NCBI GenBank assembly: GCA_951406725.2
Contig: OX597826.1
Span: forward strand, 3,224,001-3,288,000
Direction: 5' to 3'
DNA from: Octopus vulgaris
Taxonomy: Eukaryota
DNA: 64,000 bases
Shown: positions 28,262 through 41,830 of the stretch, piece by piece
Numbering within the stretch: the first letter of the stretch is position 1
Layout of the letters: each line of letters opens with the position of its first letter
The notes under the pieces: generated by a model
What the model was told of the DNA's origin: nothing
The model's database searches: none
Seen by the model: the letters and a program-made list of their open reading frames with translations, nothing else
Made by a program: the position numbers and the translations under genes

Positions 28262-29230
28262 TATTAGTATTATTTTATTGTCTTTGCGGGGTTTCTAACG
28301 CTGGAGATGTACAACGGTGTCAGTAGTTCACTATCAGTAAACTAAGGTAACACCCCTTAATTTTTGGAGCATCATCAAGAGTATTCGGGCGGTGCCAAGC
28401 AGTGATGTTTTCTGCAAGTGCTCCACCCTTATTGCATGTACATCTCAAGCTTTTTGCTGACTGTCTCCAGGGCCCAACAATCATTGATGTTACAACCACA
28501 TTTTTCAGCGCCCACAACGGCATAATCTCGCAACCTAAGCTATCATATCTATCGACTTTTCTTTCTTCTTAATCGCATTCCTTGTTGTTAGTTGGGCATG
28601 CTATATCTATGATTCAGTGTCGTTTGCTTTCTTTCTCAATTAACGCTATGTCTGGTTTTCTATTCCCTATGTCATGGTCGCACTGAATCATAAAATCCTA
28701 TAGGATCTTTGCATTATCATTTTCGATGATGCCTTTGGGTTTAAGTTCCTCTGTCAAGTCCATACTTGTTGCAAAGTGTCCAATGGACAATCCTTTCACC
28801 ACTTTGTCCACAAATTCTACACTTATCACTTTTTGATGTGTTGCCTATTCTGTATTTGATGTAACTGAAACATAGCGCTTGTTCTTGGGCAGCAGAGATT
28901 AGAACCTCTGTTTCCGGTTTTAAATATGTTTTATTATCCATAGCCATTTTTTACTCTGTCTGTCTCATCTTCAAAATCCATATGAAATTGAACATGCATT
29001 CTTTTCTTTATCCACCGCTTTTCAGTTTCTTTCATTCACAAATCCTTGTACAGTTCTTTATCTTCGCAATCTTCCATCCTTCACATGTCTCAGTTTCTTA
29101 CTTGTAATAATAGCGGTTCTGTTGCATTTTTTACATACCATGCTATGTTGTTTTTTTCTGCTCTAATGCTATGTTCGCATCCGATCCGTCCTCTTCCCGC
29201 TCTTTTTCTTTGTACATGCAATCGTTTTTG
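28262..29230 (-). mobile_element. R4/Dong-like non-LTR retrotransposon 3' region (zinc knuckle + restriction-like endonuclease), degenerate
   Basis: RLHVQRKRAGRG...MHVQF...LKPETEVLISAAQEQAL...KCRICGQSGE...IVHWTLCNKYGL...ENDNAKIL*DFMIQCDH...KPDIALIEK...IIDIACP; 3' end runs into TAA-rich sequence. Confidence 0.85.
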
Positions 29231-29299
29231 CAATTGTTCAGTTGTGCAACCAGCATAAATCATTTTGTGTTTGGTGCATTCCGCTGCTTACACCAAATG

Positions 29300-29837
<538 letters not shown>

Positions 29838-30290
29838 ATGCTTGACTTTGGCTTTGTCTTTGTACAAGTTGACTCCAAGTCTCACCTAGAAACCTCAAGG
29901 GACAGCAAGTTAGAACTTCATGATGGTGTTATGTCTAGGGCGTCATATATTTAGTTTTGCACATTGTATTGTTCTAGAGAATGTTTAAGAAAATATAAGA
30001 AAATTTGAGATTACATAAACAGTATTTTACGTAGGATAGGGGCAGTACCCATGTGCAATATCTTTTGAATTTCTGACATTTTGGGGTTTCCGGATAGGAA
30101 TCGGCCCCTTTTGGTATCATACCTAGGGCACCTAGAACAACAGATATTGTTTTGTCTTGATGTTCCATATTTTGCCAATTTTTATTTGAAGATACTTGCT
30201 CAATTTTTGGTAGATCTTGACAGATACATTTATGTCGATTGGGACAGTCATATCAATGAGGCGGCATTGATATAAGTCTTTGAATATAAC
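29838..30290 (-). mobile_element. R4/Dong-like retrotransposon 3' fragment ending in (TAA)n
   Basis: CRLIDMTVPIDINVSVK...KLSKY...IGKIWNIKTK/ISVVLGALGMIPKG (endonuclease C-terminus, VVGALG motif); 3' UTR joins (TAA)n. Confidence 0.8.
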
Positions 30291-30304
30291 GTCTGGCCTA
30301 TACG

Positions 30305-30570
<266 letters not shown>

Positions 30571-32228
30571 GCTGTAGCAATGAAAATATGGAGGTTTTGT
30601 CATAATAGCCGTATGAGGTCTCTCCCCAAAAAAATATCGGAATATAGTCATAAACGTATGAACTCAATTCTCACTTGTGAAATTCTTCGGAAACAATGTA
30701 TGAAGAGAAGAAAGCATGTCATAAGCACATAGCTTATTATTTCCACTGTCGTCGGAATCTAATATTGTTGAAAGTATAATCCAAATGTAGAAACAATAAA
30801 TAAATGTCTAAATAACTAAAAATTGGAGAGAACAAAAACCAAAATACACCACACAAAGAGAAAGTAAACGAGAATAAAGAAAGCGAAATAGAGAGAGGGA
30901 GGGAGGAAGAGAGAAAGACAGGGAGAGAGAGACAGAGCGGAAAGAGAGGTGGAAATAAAGTGAGAGAAAGAGTGTGAAAGCAAGGGGAGAAAACAGTTAG
31001 AAACAGAAGGAAGTTAAAATACTATTTAGAGTTTTGTTGTCTCTAATAAAGCCAGATAATTTAACAAAATCTTTCTAAGATTAAAGACACTTTGCGACAA
31101 AGTTGATTGAAAAGATATATCCGGTGTTATTTTAACGTTGAAGAATAAGAACAACAAGAACTAAAACATTGGCAGCAACAACATCGACAAGAATAGCTGC
31201 TCTGACACAATGCTATATTGTTCTAAGAGATTTTTATGTTGTTTTTTTTTTTAAATTTGAGAATGAGTTTCATTATAGTGTATCAATAACCCCTGTGTGT
31301 TGATTATGTGTGATTTCTTCCGTCGAAAAAATAGGTTAAATAACAAGAGACTATAGTTTTGTTTTTTTCATTTCAATTCTTCGATAACGAATTCTAATTG
31401 AAATGGTCTTGCATAACTTTTTGTTATTTTATCATTTTATTGTTTGCTTCTATGTGTTGCTTTGTTTGTTTGTTTGTTTCTTTTGTGTGTGTTTTGTTTT
31501 ACCTTATTACAATTTCAATTAAAAGTTGATCGATTTTATTGTTGATGACTTGGGCATGAGAACTTCATTGAACTATATCGAATTACTATGTTAAATGTGG
31601 TTTGACGTTTCACTGAGAGAAGTAAAATGAAATGAAGCAGCAAATATATGAATTTAGTGGAGCCATAGATTATATACTTGAAGGTTCTTCCTTATTCTCT
31701 CCGTCGTTTCTTTTCTATTTTACATTATAAGCAAAGAAAAAGTAATTACGCATAGTTTTATGGGAATTTAAGTTGAGGTGAGTAAAGCTATTTGAAAGGA
31801 ACCTAATTAACATCGAGGTTTGGTTAATATAAAAGGTTTAAACGTTAACACTGACGTAATTTAAATTTCATGCAATGCATAGTTGTACGAGTTTTGTCCT
31901 GTAAAAAAAATAATAAAATAAAAAACAATACAAATCACAAAATAACTTTTCTCAGGCAAGCTGAGCTTTTATGTCAGCTCGGAATTCTAGAGGATGGTGG
32001 ATTCTATTCTGTTTCTATAGCTTCGAAATATTGTGAAAATACATCACTTTACCAAAGATATATATACACATATATACCTGAGATATTTAACTTCAAACTG
32101 TATGCTAACCCATCGTAATTTCCTAGAACATAACGCAGACTGACACACTGAACTATATCTTGTGTTGTTCCTTTGTGGATACATGTAAACACGCCGGCGC
32201 ATGCATGCGTTATATATATATCCATATA

Positions 32229-32330
32229 TATAATATATAGAGGGCATTACTACACATAAATGCCACACGCTAGGAGGGACTCTTAAAGTCAAGACTACTA
32301 AAATAAATAGTAATGCCCTCTATATAATAT
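32229..32330. mobile_element. mini fold-back: 3' terminus of the 11090-11465 element family with an inverted copy
   Basis: Arms tatatagagggcattacta / tagtaatgccctctatata; reverse complement ttattttagtagtcttgac...gtccctcctagcgtgtggcat matches 11393-11465. Confidence 0.7.
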
Positions 32331-32415
32331 AATATAATATATAAATATATTCAAGTGAAAAAATTGGTGGACTTTTCTTTTATGATAAATTCTTATAATG
32401 ATTTTATCCTATTTT

Positions 32416-32475
<60 letters not shown>

Positions 32476-32659
32476 AATTTTCTTTTCCTGGGATTATAGA
32501 TAAAATGCATGATGCTGACATACGAGTATTAATGTCCTCAATGAACTTCCTGTCTGTTGAGCCTATCTAAATTTGTGTGAAGTGTAGTGAACCTGACGGT
32601 GAATTTGACGCAGAGATGAGACTTTTCTCTCTGGGAGGGTTGCAATATTCAGTGCCTTC

Positions 32660-33435
32660 TGTTTGTGGTGTGCTACTACCGTCGGGAGACCTACTTGAAC
32701 CGTTGGATATTATCAGAGACTTAAGTATAACTGTCGACAGCACCTTTAGCTGGATTGTGCACATAAAAAAAAAAATTCAATATTGCCTGCAGAACTTTTC
32801 AATCTAGGGATCAAGAAAAAAATCATCATTTTCTTCTCCAAATTCGCTAGGCCCCATCTCGAATACTGCTGCCCATTGCGGTACCCCTACAAAAAAAAAA
32901 ACAAGACATAATGAGGATCGAAGCGCCACAAAAATCAATCACTAAAAAATTAAATGGCATGACGGGTCTATTGGGCTCGACTTAAAAAGCTGAAACGCTA
33001 TCTTCTGCAAAGCCGCCGCGTACGAAAGATTACTTGCACCATATGGAAAATATTTCACAACTATTATCCAAATGATATCGGTATTACGCTTATAATTCAC
33101 CATGTAATGCGTCCCCTACAAAGGTCGGTGTCACATCACATAAGAACATTGCGACACAATGTCTTCACTGCAAATGGTCCTGCTCTTTTCAATGCTATCA
33201 CGAAAGAAATTAAAGTAGAAAAAGGCCCCACAACATTCAAACAGTACCGAGGCAAATTCCTCCAGCAAATACCGGATAAACCACCTATACTTGGATTCGT
33301 TTCATCCGACACCTCTTTGCTTCAGTGTTCGTGGTGTCCCGACATAACTAATTAAAAGACCCTTCCAGGTGGTGCTATTGAGTTACTCATGGCCTGGGCC
33401 GATAATGGCCAAACGTAATCTGAGTTATCTAAGTT
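32660..33435 (+). mobile_element. CR1/L2-group LINE 3' fragment (RT C-terminal region)
   Basis: RDLSITVDSTFSWIVHI...RTFQSRD...ARPHLEYCCPL...IEAPQKSITK...YWARLKKLK...GPALFNAITKEIK...FLQQIPDKP; short repeated tail. Confidence 0.85.
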
Positions 33436-33439
33436 ACTA

Positions 33440-34550
33440 TCGACAAGATCATGTACTGAACTTTCCTTTTAACCATGGCTTTATCAAGACGTAGTTGTCC
33501 CTCGAATTGGAACTTATCTTGCAAGATTACTTTACTTCAGCCGACAATACATTTTATTTTGTCAAGAAACATCAAGATCCTATATCTTGTGATGATGTTG
33601 ACTTCCTAGTAACTTCTTTTTAGGTAGATGATGCTCTTGTGAATCTTCGGATACTGCGACCTTTCTGTGTTTGGGGATGTAAAACGTAATTTCCCGTGTG
33701 AGACACTTGAGGTCTTTGTGGAGGTTGGGCAAACTCATGGTCTTGAATTTAGCACCTTCATCTGCTCCCCTATCATACAGTTGTTGGTTATGTTTATAGA
33801 AGCAGGAGTCTCATTCATGTTGATGTTTGACAATTTTCGACTCATTGGATTTGTATTACACTTTCCTTGTGACTTTTTTCTGTTTGGTCTTCTCTTACAT
33901 CTTGTAAGAACACCTTAGCTTAATGATAGTAGAGATTAGTTGACGAACATTTTGTCAAGCGCACGATAAAACTAAGCATTTTATTGAATAATTATATCGT
34001 GCATGAGTAACTTGTGCCTTATTTTTGTATCTATCGATTCTTTGTGCCTCTGCTCCGAACAATTGCTTCAGTATCTCTTTAGATTTTTGTTAATCATCTG
34101 CGATTTTCTCTGATGGTGAGATTTTGTTCGCTTTGTCCCTTCGATGTCTGAATCTTTCTTGATTTCATGCAGCTTTATTAGCTTTATACAACGTTTGTCA
34201 GTTGTTGCGTATTCATAAGTTTGTGTCTAAAATTCGAGACGTTATTGGCATCCATATTTAGTCTACTAAGAGATTGATTCATCTACCAGAAAGCCTTAGT
34301 TTTGGCTCTATTCTCTGGCTTAGCGAAGCAGCAAGGATTGCTTCTACGACATCTTCATACAGTTGCCTACACCATTTCAGTGCTATAACTTTTGTCAGAT
34401 TAGTAATCTCACTCGAAAATGGGAGCAGATTTTGTTTCAGTCGCAATGTTTATAATCCTGGCTTGGCAAGAATGCAGCAAGGAATGTCATGTAATTTTAC
34501 TCGAAGCGATATATTCGACTGAGACTGAGAGCCATTTCCAACTTTCTCCT
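33440..34550 (-). mobile_element. probable Penelope-like element ORF remnant (N-terminal region up to start of RT)
   Basis: INITNNCMIGEQMKVLNSRP*VCPT resembles the PLE N-L-S...L...E...L-G-F-P-T motif; IITRYRILMFLDK...KVILQDKFQF resembles the DKG-VI-DK...IL-D motif; heavily decayed. Confidence 0.45.
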
Positions 34551-34561
34551 GGATTGTTGTT

Positions 34562-34965
34562 GTTGGCTGTGTGGTAAGTAACTTGCTTACCAACCACATG
34601 GTTCCTGGGTCAGTCCCACTGCGTGGCACCTTGAGTGAGTGTCTTCTACTATAGTCTCGGGCCGACCAAAGCCTAGTGCGTAGATTTAGTAGAACGGAAA
34701 CTGAAAGAAGCCCGTTGTATATATGTATATACATATATGTGTGTGTATGTGTGTATATGTTTGTGAGTCTGTGTTTGTCTCCCCAACATTGATTGGCAAA
34801 CGATGCAGGTGTGTTTACGCCCCCGTAACTTAGCGGTAGAGCAAAAGGGCCCGATAGAATAAGTACTAGGCTTACAAAAGATAAATTCTGGGTCCGATTT
34901 GCTCGACTAAAGGCGGTGCTCCAGCATGGCTACCGTCAAGTGACTGAAACAAGTAAAAGGTAAAA
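34562..34965 (+). mobile_element. SINE type T
   Basis: ggctgtgtggtaagtaacttgcttaccaaccacatggttcctgggtcagtcccactgcgtggcacc...ggcggtgctccagcatggc...gactgaaacaagtaaaag. Confidence 0.9.
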
Positions 34966-34974
34966 TATATAAAT

Positions 34975-35175
34975 GGGTAGTGAACTAGAAGAATTCCTAG
35001 ATGCCGGAAGAATTGCTTAGCGGTACTTTTTCCGGTTCTTTGAGTCCAAATATCGCCGAGGCCAATTTCGGCTTCAATTACTGCCGATTTGAGAAGAAGA
35101 ACCACTCAAGAATTATGATCGATGATATCGATTAACCTGTGCCTCTAAAGCTATTATGCTTGTCTCCGTATCACA
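34975..35175 (+). mobile_element. degenerate SINE type M
   Basis: gtgaactagaagaa...tgcttagcggtac...gagtccaaatatcgccgaggcc. Confidence 0.5.
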
Positions 35176-35919
35176 AAATTTTACAATCTAACTTCATGGT
35201 CTTCACAAGATGTCATGGCTTGCCAATGTTTTAAATGCTAGTATATATTTTAGTGATGTAGTAATTAAGAGCATATAAATATATACTTAAGCACAGCCAC
35301 ACACATACACACGCACACACACACGCACTCATGCACGCACGCACAAATATATACTCATACCTGCAAGTGCATTCAGGTGCGTATGCATATGTCTCTCGAT
35401 TTTTATATAAAGTATAATTTTTAATCAGTTTCATATATAATTAAACATGCAATTATCATGTGTTTGAATTATTTATTACTGGAAATTGCCCACTTCTTAG
35501 TTTAGGAATTAATTAGTGTTTTGTTAATACTCAATTACAAGAAACGTGTCTTTGATGTAGAAATTAGCCTAAAAGCACTTGTGTAGACGTTTCAGATGTT
35601 GGATACTTAAGTAATCATGGGTTCTGATGTTTCAAACGACGAGGTAAACAGTAATATATTCATACATACAAATAAAACACACAAAAACACTCGTATATAC
35701 AGGCATAAACTCATGTGCAAACATATATTGCTATGCGTCTTTATGCGAATATGCATATTGTGCATATAATTTAAGCTAGCGATATGTAAGTTATTAGTGA
35801 ATGAAATGAACTGCTATAGGTTCCACTGCCTAGCTAACGCTGTTTCGTGCATATTTCCCAATCACTGATTTCGTTGCTACTTTCGTGTGGTTCTTGATTT
35901 ATATATATATAGATATATA

Positions 35920-36115
35920 TATTGATAGATCGTTAGCCACTACACACATTCTTTTCTCTCCTTGTTTCTCTCCTTTTTCTGTGTCCCTTTTTGTAGAAGA
36001 GCGTAGGCTCGAAACGTAAAAGACTTTTTCTATTCCTGAGGGTTATACTAACACAGCTGTTTGTTTTGTACACCAGTTGTCTTCGTCTTTTGTTTTTTTT
36101 CGCAAACTCTCCCTA
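35920..36115 (+). mobile_element. (TA)n-flanked element with a variant hammerhead
   Basis: TA tracts on both sides; hammerhead-like motif at 35987-36022. Confidence 0.55.
35987..36022 (+). ncRNA. variant/degenerate minimal type I hammerhead
   Basis: CTTT-TTGTAGA-a-GAGC gtag GCTC-GAAA-CGT-A|AAAG; palindromic stem III (ACGT); core deviates at positions 3 and 6. Confidence 0.5.
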
Positions 36116-36123
36116 TATATACA

Positions 36124-36170
<47 letters not shown>

Positions 36171-36177
36171 TATATTC

Positions 36178-36518
36178 CACGACCGCGAGTCCGTTGCCCT
36201 AACCACTGGGCCATTGCGCCTCCAGTGGTCAGGGCAGCGGACTCGCGGTCTTAGGATCACCGCTTCGATTCCCAGACTGGGTGCTGTGAGTGTTTATCAA
36301 GTGTAAACGCCTAAAGTCTAACGAGGCTCCGGCAAGAGGTGGTGACGATCCCTGCTGTACTCTTTCGCCACAATATTCTCTCACTCTTTCTTCTGTTGGC
36401 CTGCTCGCTTAGCTAGCGGGGTGGCGTCATCTGAAGGCTAAAACAATGCGAAGCGTATTGTGACCAGCGATGTGTAGCAACATCTGATAGCCTAGTCGGT
36501 CACGGTGATCACGGTGAT
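36178..36518 (+). mobile_element. tRNA-derived SINE, head A + tail 3, with inverted 5' head
   Basis: 36178-36223 is the reverse complement of the SINE head, joined to the forward copy at ccagtgg. Confidence 0.9.
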
Positions 36519-36542
36519 ATATATATATATATATACATATAT

Positions 36543-36615
<73 letters not shown>

Positions 36616-37424
36616 TATATATCATTACGAAGAGGAATTTAAGTTAAATTATTTTCAATGGACTACCTGCATTACTCCCTCGCTGAGAGGCATAATATAT
36701 TTACAACACGATAATTATATATTTAAGCAATTGAAACTCATAGAATTGTGAAACAGAGCATTTCGCCCTGCATTTTTTAACACTTGTTGCAAGTATATAC
36801 ATTTGAACATTATGTTATGTTAAATTTAACCCATGGTAGTCCCATGCATGGCATGTTTGATTTCAACGAGCAGGTACGTTAATAAAGGTGTTTGTGTTGT
36901 TCCTTGAAATATGTAACTAAATCCCTCTCAGATCACACCCTGTAAAAAGAAGAAAAAAACAAATCAGAATGATTTTATTCTGGGAATTAACACAAAATAC
37001 GAATGCTTATTCTAAAATTTCATATCAGGTGAAAATCTGCGATTTGTAAAGAAATCAAACAAAATGCCGAGTTATTTTTTCTATCATACATTCTAAATAT
37101 AAATCACCCCGGATATCAACTATGCTTTTGTCACTTTAGGGTCGACAAATTATAGAAAGATTTAAGTATTGAGGTCATAGATCGATTTAGCCAATCTCCT
37201 CATAATCGCTCTCCTTTCAGCTTGCAATCGCTCTCCTTTCAGCTTGCTATTGTCGGGCGTACAATTCAAGGGGAATTATATGAACTCGATCCCTTATACA
37301 CCATGAATATTGGGTAACCTGATTTATGAGTTCTCTTCTTCACGTAAAATTAAAACAACTTTAGGAGATAAATTCATAACTTTTAGCTATCATTAGTTCA
37401 GTTGATCATGAAAGCCTGTATCGA

Positions 37425-37845
37425 TAGTCAGGACATGTAGCAAGAATAGAAGAGTCGAGGTTCTTACGATAGGCCTTAATATAGGTCTTAATATAGTGAG
37501 CTCACAACAGGAAAAAGACCACATGATTGCTCTCTTCGAAGATACAAGGACCAATTCAAAGCAACACTAAACGCAATTGGAATTGAATCAAAATTGTTAT
37601 GAAGCTGAAGCCGGAGACCGTACCAGGTGGTGCTCCATCACCATCGGAACAAAAAACAGGAAGAAGTCAAACGACAGGAAAGAAAGGCTCGACAAAATCA
37701 AACTCATCTTCCACCAGCATTTCTATGCAGTCAATGCGTCTACCCTTCTATGCAAGAATTGGTCAACAGATTCATCATCGGTGAGATAAAGCCGACGACG
37801 ACGTCGACGATGACGACGACCATTTCAATTGAAGAACATAATTAA
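37425..37845 (+). mobile_element. RTE (BovB-like) LINE 3' fragment
   Basis: GHVARI...SELTTGKRPH...RRYKDQFKATL...EAEAGDRTRW...FLCSQC...ARIGQQIHHR, the RTE C-terminus with a C2H2-like tail. Confidence 0.8.
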
Positions 37846-38428
37846 TACTCACCAATGATTGTCCTCTTAATAGGATATATGTGCTGACAATACGAGTAAC
37901 TGCATTAATAGAAGGTGGTTATTACAAAAAATACTTAACGATAAATCTTTTCAGTCATGGTCGGGTCTGAGGAAGTGATGAGGGATTCAGAATGTCGTCC
38001 TTTTTACTGATAGAATTAGCGGCAAAATATGTTTGAAATCCCATGTCACAGTTCGTAAACTACTCTTAGAACGTGTGACATAATGCATGCGTTCTGACGT
38101 AAGCTTTGTCTGACATATACGTGTAGATATGATAAGATATATTTAATCCTTTGCTTCTTCGATTAGGTCAGATCAGACCATTTCCGAAAAAGAAACAAGA
38201 ATTGGGATTCTAGATTGCCATAACAGAAAAGGCGGAATATCATAACATACGTACTATGTGTACTAAAATTAATTATGGTTTTAACCATTAGTAATTTAAA
38301 CGTTTCTTTAGTATTGTACACCCCTCCGTTCCCTGGAAGTACACAACGTCTTCAAAAGAGAACTAATCAAGCGTTTGGATGATACTTATAATACAAAACT
38401 CCCTGTCTGTTGTTTCTCGTTTATACTA

Positions 38429-38934
38429 TTGGGCTGTCTGGAAAGTTCGTGCCGATTTATAGCAGCTTATCTTTTGACTTATTTTAGAACATGGTTGAGA
38501 ACATAAAATAGGATTTGACTACACCTCCATTTAGAGCATAGTTTAAGCTATCTTTTCCTGGAAGAAGGTTTATGTTCCTATAACATGTGTTAATTCTGTA
38601 ACCCTTTAAAATGGAAGATGAGAAAGTTCATTTTCGACACTTGATGCTTTGGGAACCAGACGAAAATTGCTGCACCACTTATTCAGGTCTCTGCAGAATA
38701 GTCTTAATGGTAAATATTTCAATTCCTTGGATGACGTGAAAAGATATATTGATGAATTCTTTGCCATGAAACTACCTCAAATCTGGGAAGAGGGCATTTT
38801 CATGTTAACGGAAAGATGGAGACGCATTGTGCAACAACATGTTTCATATTTGGTTGATTAAAAATGTAATGGCAAGTATTTATTGACCTTTTTCTTTCCT
38901 TTAAAAATCGGCACGAACTTTCCGGACAACCCAA
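38429..38934 (+). mobile_element. internally deleted mariner (MITE-like) with both TIRs and TA TSD
   Basis: TIRs ttgggctgtctggaaagttcgtgccgattt / aaatcggcacgaactttccggacaacccaa flanked by TA; N-terminal MEDEKVHFRHLMLWE fused to C-terminal HLFRSLQNSLNGKYF...EEGIFMLTERWRRIVQQH. Confidence 0.95.
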
Positions 38935-39648
38935 TAGTTTTGCTATAAATGATTAAGATGTCGATAACTTTTGATAGCTGTAAGCACCAACAGTAACGTA
39001 TAACAATAATTCGTTCCGTTACGTTACAATATTATTCTCAACCGATTCTATCGCGTCACAAAAAATAATAGTACTTTTATAAAAGTTTAGGTTTCTTTGT
39101 TTCTCTAAAGGCTTAATGTAAGACGAGTTTGGCGGTGAACTGGTACAGAATGCCAAACCGAATTTCTTAAATCACTCGATGTTCTAAGCTGAAATACCGA
39201 TAAGGTTTACTTTGTCTTTCTTCATAAGAAAAATAAACCAATTCAAACCGTTAGATTTGTAGAACAAAAGTCAGACAAGTTGAATTGCACTACCTAAACC
39301 TGCACTGTTACTTCTCACAGAGGGTCCTGCGGCAACGTATGAACCGGGATTTATCGACGATAAGTTTTTGACTTTTCCTTTGATGACCATCAATATCGTG
39401 AATAAGCGAAGAGACGCATCCTCACCGTGGAAGACTCCTGAACTATTAGTTAAGTATTGCAGCCGCGAGAGATCGATGCTAGATGTATATCGAAATAATA
39501 TTAATGATTAATAAAAACTCTGGTATCTTCCCTCTCCCGTCTCTCATTGACCAGATACCTACGGAGTACAGTGAAAGTGACCCGTGCTTTACCAGTAAGC
39601 TTCTTGGTATAAACCATTCGTTTTATTATCAAATATCTAGCATATATA

Positions 39649-39711
<63 letters not shown>

Positions 39712-39716
<5 letters not shown>

Positions 39717-40088
39717 TTAAATGATAAGGGTGAAAATTGAATATTAATTTGATTAATAGCAATTTAAAACCAGTGGCTTAGCGTATCCATTATGCTAGAG
39801 GTAGACTCCATATGGTCTGACCACTAGGAAATGATTGTCCTCAAGAAAATTCAGCAAACGACAGAACGTAAGCGAGCAAGACAATTGAAACGATAAAGTA
39901 CAAAGTTAAATCACAAACCCGGTTTCATTGATACCACTTACGTAATACATACGTAAATGTCCGCAATTCACCAGTGTGATCGTCATAGCAAAATATAATT
40001 TGCAGAACTATCTTTTCTTAGTGGTCAGACCATATGGGGGTCTACCTCTAGCATAATGGATGTCCACTTAGTGGTCGTCCCACATTTA
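39712..40088 (-). mobile_element. (TA)n-flanked fold-back element with hammerhead
   Basis: Arms atccattatgctagaggtagactccatatggtctgaccactaggaaa (39785-) and tttcttagtggtcagaccatatgggggtctacctctagcataatggat (-40061); long (TA)n on both sides. Confidence 0.75.
39910..39980 (-). ncRNA. type I hammerhead ribozyme, core variant (A6G)
   Basis: Minus strand ATCACA-CTGGTGA-ATTG...(catttacgta/tacgtaagtg)...CAAT-GAAA-C cgg GTT|TGTGAT; 6-bp stem I, long stem II. Confidence 0.65.
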
Positions 40089-40096
40089 TATGTATG

Positions 40097-40142
<46 letters not shown>

Positions 40143-40842
40143 ATGTATGTATGTATATATATAATATGTGTGTGTGTAGAGAGAGAGAGAGAAACAGACA
40201 GAGAGATACAAAGTTACATAGATAAATAGATATATACAGATACTTACACACACCCACACACACTCCCAGACACATATACGGAGGTATAAATACTTTGAAA
40301 GCATATTTGCTTTCAGCCAGAAACAGCGATGGCTCAAACAAAATATTTATTCATTTGGAAGTTTTTGCAAACAAATGACAAAATGATACATCAAATACTC
40401 ATTGCATTTTCTTTGTGTTTTTTTAAATATATTTTTAAATGCCAAATGGCTTTGATGACATCGTGATTCTACTTCTTCACTTGTCCTTAGTAATTTTGCC
40501 ATTGATATCGTTTCCATCGTTGTTATTGTCGACGAGGTTATTGTCGTATTAATATTGTTTTCTAATTAACTGGTTGGAAATCAAAGTAAATTCTGACATT
40601 GACTTTGAATAGCGATACTAAGACAGACATTTTCTTTGATAATTTAAGATATTGTTAAACTTACATAGACGAATATATGTAAAGACACATTACCCCCATC
40701 ATAAAAAAAAATATCAAAAGCGCAAAAGACACTCTGCTTTCTTCTGTATACAAACACGCGTATATACTTACATGTATGTGCATATACCAATATGTATGTA
40801 TATGTGTGTGTGTGTGCGTGCATTTATATATATATATATACC

Positions 40843-40874
<32 letters not shown>

Positions 40875-41002
40875 GTATGTGTGTGTACGTATTCACATAC
40901 ACACGCGTATACACACATATGCACACTAGTATATTATTATATATATATATATATATATATAAATTTATACATATGTAAATATATATATACATATATGTAT
41001 CG

Positions 41003-41076
<74 letters not shown>

Positions 41077-41666
41077 CATCTATATCTATATGTGTAAATG
41101 TATGATGTGTATGCGTTCGTGTGTGCGATTGTGCACGCATGTATGTATGTAAATATATAAATAAGTATAAGCGTACAGAGACAGAAAACCCGCAATGGCG
41201 AGGAGGGGAGTTGAATATTATGCTTATTTTAAAATAATGCTTGAATGATCACAAAATATTTGTCAGAAATATTGAAGAGTATAAATTGACATGTGTCTTG
41301 AACATTCCTATAACAAAACAAGACGCTTTTATTCGAAAATCTCCGATGGATTTAAGGTAGAATACACATGGAGAGAGATGTAATAGCGTGTTGATATCCA
41401 TACAGAATTGTAACTTATCCATACGGAAACTAATACAAGAACAATATACAAATATTTCTTTATTCTCACAGCGATTCCCATTCACCGAAAATGTATGAGA
41501 ATGGGAGAGCTTTTACAAATATCTTCGTTTCTCTTTCTCTCCTTCATTTAATTGTAGTTTTGAAAACTTTTATCTGTTGAAAATTTTCTGCGATTTCTTC
41601 TTTACTCTCAGGAAAAGAATCACGTGATACATAAATAGCACAGCAAAAATATATATATATATATTA

Positions 41667-41717
<51 letters not shown>

Positions 41718-41746
41718 GTGTGTATATATGTATATAAATACATATG

Positions 41747-41830
<84 letters not shown>

